A stretch of 64,000 bases of DNA from Perna viridis (lineage: Eukaryota). The notes below the pieces were generated by a model that saw nothing but the letters and a program-made list of their open reading frames with translations, was not told the DNA's origin and searched no databases. Shown here one piece after another: positions 38,401 through 50,400 of this stretch (position 1 is the first letter of the stretch; each line of letters opens with the position of its first letter). Location of the stretch: positions 14,260,001 through 14,324,000 of the forward strand of contig CM074514.1 of the NCBI GenBank assembly GCA_037379345.1, read 5' to 3'. Position numbers and translations under genes: made by a program.

Positions 38401-41400
38401 GTATTTATTCCATCAGATACTTCCAAGGCACTTTGAAAATTAGTGCAATAGGAGAAAAAGGTAAAATATTTACCTACAGATGATTTATGTAAACATAAAC
38501 AGCAATGTACAAATGTACATTTTTAATGCACTGATAATTTTTTATATAATACATTAAATACAAAGTGGTATGTTTTGACACTAAACATATTAACGTTGTG
38601 TCACGCGCGCTGAATACAGCGCTATCTGAAAATCCTGGGGAGAACGCAGATTAAAAAATAACAATCTACACTTTGTATGGAGTGTTCATATCACAACTCA
38701 TACGTTATGCCAGAGCTTGCCGAAACTACTCAGACTTTTTGTATCACGCTAGAAGTCTAACAAATAGGCTTCTGGAACAGGGTTATGTTGTTACAAGATT
38801 GAAATCATCACTACAGAAGTTTTATGGTCGTCATCATGAACTTGTGGATCGTCATAATGTATCCATCAGCACCATGAAAACTGATTTATTCAATGGGTCA
38901 TAGTTTGCCTTTCCTCATTTGTCTACCCTGGACTTGACTTTTTATGGGCAACTTGGCGGGTGTTTCTAGAAAAGCAGAGGACGCTTACCCTACCGGTGCA
39001 CCTGGTTCATGCTCCCAGTTTGTAGTGGAGTCCGAGTTGCTCATTTACTTTTGTTACTTTGTATGTATGATTTTAGTTACTTTATGTTCTTTGTTGTGTG
39101 TTTCTGTTTTCTATGTCTGGTCTTTGTCCCTGGATTACATTCTTTTGATTACTGCTATAACCTTGGTTCCCTTGATTACTCTTCCACTATGTAATAAAAC
39201 TTAACTGTGTCAACAGTATATGCCAACAGCAACAAAATTAAAATACAAGTTCAGATTGATAACAATAACAAAAACAATGTATGCATATGAATAAGTATAC
39301 TAATGGGTGGTTCTACAATAATGTAAAACCAACAGAATTGTTGTCAGTAATGTAACTTTTAGTTCATATTACTGCTAAACAAACATAATTTTCTATAAAA
39401 AAAGTTTTGCACAAAAAATCACCTCAAAGAGTAATGATGATATTGATTAGTACTTCTTACTATCTTTCTTTCAGAAATTGAATTGGGCAACAAGAGAGGC
39501 AAAGGTGGTGAAAGAATATCAAGCTTTTGTTTTGAATTTGGTATCAGCCCATACATATTATCTGAGGGCAGGGTTGAGGATGCTAGTTAGACACTTCATG
39601 TCAAATCTTAGTGAGTTCTTCTTATGTAAATATCACCCGGTACATATTACCTGAGGGCTGGGTTGAGGATGTTGATTAGACAGTGTATGTTCAGTCCAAC
39701 CTTCATATGATGTACTCAGAAGAGTTGAAATCTCAGATAACTCAAACTCATTTCACAGTCCTTGGAAAAGTCCCCTTACTCCAATACAGTTTTACCTCAG
39801 ATTACTCTAACTCAAATAAATTGAAATCTTGCATAACTCAAGATTTTTAATTAGTCCCATGGATAGGCCTTCGAGGTTCATTAACCCTGATGTCTTGAAG
39901 TAGTACTTTCCTTGATCGAAGCTTGTTTTTACAGTGATTAGTGTGGCTTGTGTAATTACTCTTTGATACATTTATGGCTTGATTTGTGTATTTAATCCAA
40001 AATAGCTTGTGTAGTGAGAAGAAACATATATTTTAAGCACACATCAGAATTCACACCATCTGTGATATTGGTTACTTTTATAATAATAAAATATTTACAA
40101 ATGAATTGTATTTGTTTAAATGGTATCGTAACATTTAATTGCACATTAAACAAATAGTAAGTGTATTTCAGTGACTACATTCATTCCCCTAGTTAATTTA
40201 GCACATGGTTTGACTCCTGATTGTGAGTCATTTAAAGCAGCATGTAACATACTAATGATACAGTTGATGTAGAATATATCAAAAGGAATTTTTCCTATAA
40301 CACTCAGTGTCTTTCAGTATTTAAAACATCATATACAACACACAAAAATTATAATCAACATAGATGTTGCTTGCAAATGATATCATCGCCATCTTATTCA
40401 CTCTCATATGCTGGAAGTTCAGGTGGTAAAATTCATCTCAATAAGGTGATAAACGATAATTTTAAGAAATGACATGCAGACAAAATATTGCATATTTGAT
40501 CAATACCAAGTTAAAATTAGGCTGATCAATAAGATCAACTGCATATCTGAGAAACCTATTCAGGATCTCTGGTGATTGGCAAAGTCTATAATTGAATATG
40601 TTTATGAATATGGATTTAAACAATCACTCACTATATATATGTGTGTGTGTGTGTGTATTTTTATTTGATATATTTATATTCCAGTACCCGTAACTTCAGT
40701 GGTTGACAGTGGAGATTCCATGACTGTAGATGATAAACAGAAACATGAGGCCATGTTTGTCAATGTCCACCTTGTCCTTAAAGCAATCATAAAAATTGTT
40801 CCCATGTAAGTCATGTAATAGATCAATAAAACTTAGATTAAAAAGCCATATATGGTACGGTATTCTTTCGTGTATTACCCGCATCTGTGTATTCCCCGTA
40901 CCTCCTTCTTGGTAAGGGAGTTCATTGAAAAAGGTTTGTTTCCGTGTAAAACGCACACTGGGAAGCAAGGAAAAATCATCAGCAGAAGACCACTTAGAGA
41001 TGAAAGGATTCCAATAAATTCCCTGAAATATGTATCCTTTCATCATTAATATTTTAAATAAAAGTATTTCTCTATGTTTCCCTGGGTTTGAAAGCCATTT
41101 ATTAATTAAAGTAGTAACAATTGGTTTCACCTGTTAATTTGATCTATTGTTATTTGATAATTAAATGACAGTGGGCCCGTGGACAGGTTGGCACTCCCTG
41201 TATTGTGTATTTAATGCTCCACCAGGCCCGAGGACAGGTTGGCACTCATGTTATTTTGTATTTAACGCTCCACTGTACACAGGTGAAGAAAGTTATAATT
41301 GGACCACATGTTTTGAGAGAATAATAAGAAGCTAGTTATAATTTGGACAGCATGTTTTGAAAGAGGCTAGTCTTGGTTTTTCGTACAAACTACGAAATGT

Positions 41401-44400
41401 AAGGAAACGGTTTTGATGGATAAAACAACTATCAAATAGCAGTAAATTTTATTTGTTTATTTCACAGAAAACTGTTCTCAAAAATACTAAATGGCTCATT
41501 GTTGTCTTTAGTTGACGTCTTCAGTTCTGATTCCTGAAAATTATGGACCTGAAAATTATGTCTCCAGAAAAAAAATCTAGAAAACTCATTGTTTTGGTGT
41601 ATATCGCACACCCCTCCTGGAACAAAGAAAAATTTGTAAAAAAGTGAGCAATACATGGAAGAATATGGTAATCTAGGGCATAATACATAAACATATGTGT
41701 GATTGCCTGAATGGAACTAAACTTATACTGCACTTTTTTTTTAAAAAGGTTCCATGGTATTCTTATTTAGAAAATGTTTAAATAGAACTCATACGGCATT
41801 TTACAACTGAAAAAAGTGTTTAACCAGGGATATTCTCCTTATTGAAACCAATGTGGCTGTTAAAATAATAAAACATAATTGTTGCTCTGTTTTGTAGGGC
41901 ACCTAAAATATTAATACCACTGTTGAGTGAATTGGTCCCATTTATAACCAAAGATGTTTACATCCATGAGTGTTACGTAAAGAATCTGTTACAGATCACG
42001 CAGTATTTACCCAACCTGAGACAGAAAATTATGGAAATCATAGTAGAAATATTACTGAAATTTGATGTAAGTTATATTGATCTGCTTGTTAGGAGAATTT
42101 AGATAGCAGTTGTTCATTTTTTATGGTACACATGTTAGGGGAATTTATAAAATTTAAGAAAAAAGAACATGTTTGAATTGACTATGTAGATAATATCTGT
42201 ACTATAGATTTTTAACATGCTTTGTAGTTAGGAAAAAGAGCAGATATGTTCTATTTTTTTTTGAGAAAGTAGTATCTTTAATGGACTGAAACAATTATTG
42301 CATAGATTACAAGGAAAAACTTGTTCTGATACTATTGTTTAAATTTACCATTTTAGAATTATGATTGTAAGAAGTCTTATTAAGGGTTCATTTTTCTTTA
42401 CCAGGTGAGATCACCCAGGGAGGAGATAGAGGAATCACAGAGGGATGAAGAAGACATGGATATGGAAGATATTATATTTGAAATGGTTGGTATTACCAGC
42501 TTTTACAAAGATATATTGGTAATATGTGGTGTCTATTATGTCTATATGGTTCAGATACTTAGAGCAATTATTTTCTTGATTGCACAATTTAGATTGTATA
42601 GATAATGGCTGTTCACAAATATATTTATCCTGTCTGTAGAATGTGTCGTATACTCTGGTCATTTGTGATCACAATTAAGCTATTCACTGTTTCCAGTTTA
42701 TATACCATAAATTCAGAAATTATGGATTGACTTAAAATCACAATAATAAAAATTTGCATTATAATATTATTAACAAAACTGATATAAAGGATGTTTCTGC
42801 ACATCACAAAAATTAAAATCACTCCCCCCCAAAAAAAATGACAAAACAGCCTTAAAAATACACCCATAGTTTATGAATCTATAGTATCTGATATTCATAC
42901 CTTTGTGAAAGCTACATGTATTTAAGAAAGATGTGTGAATTTGACTCTGAAAGCTCTTAAACTTTTATTAAAAGCAATCCTGTTGAGTCTGTACTTTTTC
43001 AATGACTTAGTGAAGTTTACTATACCTTATGCATACTAACCAGAATATATTTTCATAGGATGATGCTACAGCCCAGAAAGAGATAGCAACACCAGTTGAT
43101 GACCATAGCAAATTAGAACCTAAAAAAATGACTCATAAAGAGGCTCACAAACTGGATGTCCTGATGGAGGTTATGTTTAGATACATACAGAATGTCTGTT
43201 ATACTGATGGTAAGAACCAGTCTAAAGTAAAACACTGTCTATTCCTCTATTTCAGGTATTAAAGGATGAGGGTACCTAAGGCATTGTAGTGCCTATTAGA
43301 AGAAATGAAATTATCTCCCTTTAATAAACTCAAAATTGTTCCATTTTTAAATAAAAACACTTTATTTCATCATCATTTTTAACGAAATCAAAAGAGAAAA
43401 TTTATTTTGTTTTTATATGAAATAAACAAAGTAATATGCATATTCAATTAGCATATGTTGAATAAAGAAAAAAACAGTTACACCTTAGTGATATGTTTTA
43501 CACAATTTGTTAGACTTATGTAGGAACAAAATGTGTAGGAAAACTTGGTGGTTGAGGTATAGAAGTATGACGTAGTTCTCATGTGTTAAATGTCTATCTG
43601 ATGTGTGTGATTTTTATCAATTAAATATAAATATGTTGCCATATCACACATGTAGTATCAATATTTTATAGGTTTGGGTTCTAGAATCATCCAGAAAAAT
43701 GTTGTATGTAATTTTTTTGGTTTGCGCATGAATTGAACTTTGAAGCTTCAAATTAAGGAGGTATATATATTAATTCATCTTCAGTGCCTGATGTAACAAT
43801 TCGTTAGGTAGTTTCGAATTGGTGCAGTCACACTTGCCTTGTAACTTCTACATTTTATAAAGCTTAAGGCAGTTAACCACTTTTGTCTCCCCTTCCGTAA
43901 AATATCGTTTTACTTGAATCAAACTTGTATAAAATTTAAAAAAAGTATAAAATCATTGAGTCTCAGAGTATGTTACGCTGAAAACAGAATCATCACATCG
44001 AGATTGGGCAAATATACAAATCATGTGTTACTGTTTCTCCTCAACTAATAACTCTGCATGAGTGGCTATATACATCTTCATAACCACTTAGAAGTCAATA
44101 ATGATTCTCGTGGTTAACTACAGACAGACAGACAGACAGACAGACAGCCAAACATGCAGACAGATCCCTGAGCAAAGTGTTAAAAGTGTTCCGAGTACAA
44201 TAGCGGAAAAATAATAAGCATGTACATGCACAAATCATTGTTAATAAACTTATCAATACTTTTAGTTAAATCAATAATTTCTACAATATTTACTAAGTTT
44301 TAAAATAAATAAATGAGAGAAATAAAAATGAAACATTATTTTATTAGAATTGATGATTACGATTAATTGTAAATTAAAGTTTGAAAAAAATACATCTATA

Positions 44401-47400
44401 TAGGTAATTAACCTCCCGCTATTGGTTGATTTCGGCTTGAGCCTTCGAACATTTTATCATACATTCTTCAACGATATTATCCGTCTCCAGGTGGGAGCTG
44501 ATGGGAGCTTAAGTTCTGCCGCTTTCAAGATTTTCGCTATTCATCAGTCAAAATAATGGGGATGAAACTGGGAAGGTAAGAGGCCCAGAGGTGGGGCACT
44601 TCAATTTTGATAAAAATAACAGGGGTCTCCTTTTGTAGAGTTTCCCAAGATTAACATCAATGCAAACTGTATCTCCGCTAAAATACATGAAAGCTTGGCA
44701 TATCTTAAATTTGGGTTTGAAACTTGTTTCAATAAATGTCACGTGGATATTCATACCACTAAACCTCAGATGGTTCACGGCCAGACCATACTTATTTAAC
44801 CTGAAACCTACATGTATAGGCATTGTCGCACTTCATCAAATCCACCACCCATGACACGCCTGTTTTTGCTTTTTTTTCTAATATTTTCAAGAGGTGGATA
44901 ACAAAATTTTGGAGACATGGATTAAGTACAAACGTAACACAGGATGCAGCTGACTAAAATAAAAGACAACTTCGTTCACATAAAATATAGATGCTAAAAT
45001 TTACATTAAATGTTCGATAAACCGACAAAAAGCTGAACTTCAGACAACAATTAGCATGAAAGGACTGCTTGGCACAAATATTATTTAAGACCTGTTATAA
45101 CAAATACTAAAACTACATGTCGGCTATTAAGCACAAATATTTACACATAAACATGAAGAATTTACATGTACATCCATGCTCCTCCTGAGTGGAGCATCAT
45201 AGTACTTCCTCAGGTAACAGCTTTGATGTAAAAACAGGTATTTTAAGTGTCTGCATGTTTTTTGGCATATGTGTAGGTGTACACTAAATATGAAAAAAAT
45301 CTTGGAATATTTACTTTATATACAAGAAACTTAAGCAACAGGATTTTATACATACAAAATTGTGTACAATTGACCAGCATTTTGCATATATTAAATTTGC
45401 AATATCGAATACATGTAAGGACATGTTTGATATGCGTGCATTATAAATGTATATGTATTGAAGATTTTTCCCGGATAAAGCAGTTTTGAAAGAATTTCTT
45501 TGTATCGAACTGCGCTAAATCATTGTAATAGATAAATACCCAGAGCCTGGATTTTTTTACAGGCAAACAATGCAAACGGCTGTTAATTTTTCTACTTTCA
45601 AAATAAAAACAGAAGCAATTAAAAAGCTTTATTCGCACTTGATATATATTATAACAGTGTTTCCAATTTTGCCCAATCGCATAAGGAAATAAAATGCTTT
45701 GCAGCATTTATTACAAACAAAATTATCTTTAAACAGTATGCTACAGGTTTCTATACACTATAATGCTTATACAACCTTATTTAAAGCATTTCATTTTTGT
45801 ACTTAGTTCCACGCAAAAGTAAATCATAATGTAGAACAATCTTTTTTCGAGGAGCTTTATACGGGTATTACTGCAAAAAGATATTCAAAACTGTTGGATT
45901 CAAATATTAAATCAATAGATAAAATCCCACGTAAAGGACAGTAACACGGTTCAAAGTATATAAGTACATTCACGTACATGCATGCATGTTCATAGCAGTG
46001 GCTATATCAAAATCAACATCTGATCAAAGATTATTTTTTTCATTCTTTGGCATAAAGGTGAGATGAAAGATCTTTAATTAATATATCTACTCCTCTTGCT
46101 ACAGTGTAATTAGAATGGCCAGGTGCTTAATCATGTGAGATTTAGCTAGGTCACATGATACATGTACAAGTAAAGTTGGACTTAGTCATTTTTGAAGCGA
46201 TTTTAAGCGTGATTTTCTAAGGTTTTTTTTTAATGCACATGGAGATCCAGCGTTAACCAGAAAATCCTTTTTCCCGTAGAAAGACTATATAAATGCACAC
46301 TTTCAGTTTCAATCTTTTTTGGTTAATGCTGGATCTCACTATAAAATAAGTGGCAGAAGGGTGAAAAAATGCTATTTTATTTACAGAATAGCCTTCCAGA
46401 CGGTTTTTGTGCATCCGTTTCTGTATTGTTACTCTTTAAATCACAAACTGAATGCATAAAATTGAAAATTTACAATATGTATTACATTATTATTTAGTTT
46501 TCTTCCAAATTGATGATAATTTTTTTACCAATTATTTCAGTAAGCAGAACAAGGCCTTGTGGACCCTCATCCTTTCATGGTTGAAATTCAATTTTAAGAA
46601 ACGATATCACTTTGTTTTATTAGCTGTGGTTGTAGATTTACTCAAATTATATATAGAAGTAAATGATTTAATTAACTATTACGACCAATCAGATTACATT
46701 GGTTGTCTTTCTAGGATTGGTAACTGACAGTCGTAGTTATCATTCTTTCATTTAAGGCAAATATCAATGATGCTGGTAATACTTTAATCATGTAAAACTG
46801 ATATAGTCTTTTCAGGAGACAGATTTATATATAAGTTCTTTCCAAAATTGTTTCTGAATTTTGATTTGAATTTAATATGTTTACTAATTCATAGCGCTCA
46901 TGTAATTATATAATAATACCGTTGAAACATTTAAAATCATTACACCACCAACAGCTGGTTACAAAATGTTTTGTAGCACAATATTTTTGTTGCAATAGTT
47001 GAATTTCAGTTCAGTTTTTTAATACTTAAATATGTACCCCAAAACATTAATGAGGAGGCTCTGAATTGTCAGTTTATGTAGCCATTATACAATTAATTAA
47101 TGCATTGTCATAAATCCTCTTGATTATTTTGATGAAATTAAATTTCATGACAAAGATAATATGATTAGTCAGCCTTTTTTCCTTTTTAGGTGAATTGAAC
47201 TGGGAAGCCACAAAGCTTGTTTACAGAGAATTGTTACTGATATTTGAGAATTTGATTCTACCAACACATGCATCATGTCATGTACAGTTTATAATGTTCT
47301 TCTTCTGTAGTCTGAAACAGGTAAAACTCAGAAACTAATGATATGTGTTACTGTTGTGTCTGATTTTGTTCAGTTTGTTTGCCACCTAAATAAACATTTT

Positions 47401-50400
47401 ACTAACAAGATTTAACATCCTTCTACATATTTTGACCAAACTTGGCAAATACTTACTCCTAATGAATATGCAAAACCTATCGTAGGTTAAGATCACAGGG
47501 TATCTTTTTTTATATCATAGCGAACAATTTATGGTTATATAATGTACATGTATGGTGTTGTCGATGTCCATGTTGTCATTCTGTATTGTCATCGTCCCTG
47601 GACACTTGGTTTTCATACAATAACTGGAGTATATTTAATCTTTATAAAATATTATAAGAAGGTTTCAAAAAGGCAGTAGTGAGTGATTTTTGGGGTCATG
47701 GTTTCAATGGTTTTGGACCAATAAGGAACAAAAACAAGCACTTCATAGGATTTAACTGTATATGTCAAGTGAAAGCATATTGGATGTCTATGATATTGTT
47801 TCACGATATTTATACCACAAAGATCCAACTGTGATTGATTTGTTTGGGGTTAATACTTGAACCGTCTCGGAAAAAGGGAGCAAAATAAGCATTTTTGATG
47901 TCTAGACAGTAACTGAACTAAAAGCTTGAATAGTAAGTACATTCTAGTCCCAACTGTTCGGGGGTTTGATCTTTGTTGTTGTATCAAACAGGAAGCATTT
48001 TATTTTCATGGTGAGATAGTGCAGTGTATCAAGTTATACAATTACCTCTGTGGCATAGCATCTTTTTCATTTATAGTTATATTTTTAATGAAAATGGTTC
48101 AGAAGTTATTTTTCCGTGTTAACAATTCAGCTCATTTTATGTAATTTGATCTATTCTTGATACTACTGCTAACATGAAATCATAAGTTACCAAGACTTTA
48201 TTGCTCAGAAATCACCATGATACACATGTACATTATTATCAATGTGATAAGTGAAAAGGTGTTTATATAGTGATTATATTGAATATTATATTGAATGACT
48301 GACTTATATTATGTGTTTCTTTACTACAGCCTATCTGTGATGGATTCTTAGATTTTTTGTGGAAGAAGGTTCAGAATCCAATAGTACAGGCAGTTTATCG
48401 ACAGATAGCTGTATGTTATATGGGAAGTCTTCTGTCTAGAGGAATGTTTGTTCCTATCAGGTTAGTTACTATTTATGTAATTATGCATTATAAGTAGTCC
48501 ACATGGAGGAATGCTATGCTATTCTGTGTTGAGTATGAGCTACTGATGTATCTTTAACTAAAAAAATAACTACTGTATACTGAGAAATTGTAATACAAAT
48601 TTAAATTCACAATCATTCTTTAAATCATATTATGATGTTCTTTGAAGAAAATATTCTTGATGATGTAATTTTCTCCTTACTCCAAAAACAGCTTAAGTAT
48701 AATGCCATAAATTCAGGGTTATCATTTTATTCAGGGGCAAATCAGAATTTTCCAATCAATGTTTTTTTTTTAAATTTTTTTTATACATGTAGCAAGGTAT
48801 AACTTTGCTGTCTTATTGTTATATTTTTCTTTTTCAGCTTGTCATTTATTTAGTATGCCTTCCCCCGACATATCCCACTATTGTCAGTGACTCCAGTGAA
48901 TTATATATTCATTTCTGTAATTTTTCAAAGAGCACCATAACTATGTACCCTTTGTAATGTCACGTAATTATAACATGTATTAACCAGCATACATTATGTA
49001 TAAGTTGAGTACATGTATTTAGAGTGCTACGTGTACTTCTTTGTTATTCCTGTTTTACATAGTTTTACACAGTAGATATATCCGTGATATGTCTCCTTAC
49101 ATAGAAATCTTCCATGAAGGACACCCAAAAAATTTTCCTTACATCAAGTACAGAAATCTTCCATGAAAGACACCAAACAATTCTCCTTACATGAAAGACA
49201 CCAAACAATTGTCCCACAAATCAAGTTAAAACAAATTCCAATTACTTGATATAATTACACTACTGTTGAAATTGGGTAACTGATGTTTAAAAAAATATAT
49301 TTCAGCACTGTGAAAGCTTGCCTTGAGTTACTATGTAACTGGGTACATAAGTACTTAGATCAGACAGGGGACGATTCTCTTTATGCTGACATCACCCATC
49401 ACGGACCATTCTATGCTGTAGTTCAAGTACTGCTTTATGTATTTGTTTTCAGAAGTAAAGACATATTTGAGAGTCGTAAAGGTATGATCTCTATAACTTA
49501 TGTTAATCATATGGACCCAAGTCAGATTTACAAGTAACAATAATCTTGGTTTACCACATTGTATCAAATATTTGTGTGAAATTATAGAAGGATTAATGAT
49601 TTATTTCCAAAGATTAATTGAATTATTTTCTTCCATTTAGTGATTCATAATAGAAGCAATGAGCTGTGCTTTGAACTCATTGGACATGTTTGTGCATGCA
49701 CATCATTTTTAGTAAATTCTTTGATGGGTCTGCCACAGAAATTACTTCAGTTGAGGTGTATTACATTATAGATTATTCAGGAAACATTCAACAATCCTGA
49801 ATCATCAGAGTAATATTACTGAAAGTTAATTAAACCTCACTTTCACTATAAGCTAGATCAAATTGTAGTGTTTGCACTGCAGTTAAACATTTCTTTTTTT
49901 AAAATAAACATTAAAAGTTTTCTATATTTATATATATATGTAAAAAATTGAGTTCAATAACTCAGACGTTCTGGTACCCAAAAGTATTCACATTAGTCTT
50001 TAAATAACATGTATCTGTTTTATTTCCAGTGATATAAAGGCTTGAAAGCATTGTTTTTAGCTGAAGTTATTAAAAATAAGATGCAAGCACATAATGATAG
50101 TCCATTATTTTTTCTGTTGGTGGACATAAGTTTAGTGTCTTCATGGTCTTTCCAGATCACCTGTGTTATTTTCTTCATGATGGTCTATTTCATTCATGTG
50201 GAAAAAAAGTTTTTATTCAAATAGAACTACTATAGTTACTTGCAAGTGACATTGGTGTTTAGACATTTTTTGTTAACTTTACAGGATTAAAGTGGTCAAC
50301 CAATTTAAACTTCCAGAGAATTGTGACTTGTAGACTGAATCCATTGAAGTTTTGTTTACCTGTGATTGTTCAGACTTTTGCCTCAGTTGCCAGGTAAGTC

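Noticed and set aside
38944-39044. SECIS element or hammerhead ribozyme in the PLE tail
   Set aside because: No AUGA/AA/GA SECIS geometry and no CUGANGA/GAAA core could be found.
40696-41130. 144-aa antisense ORF
   Set aside because: Non-ATG start, overlaps an RRN3 exon antisense plus repeat sequence, and has no recognisable motifs.
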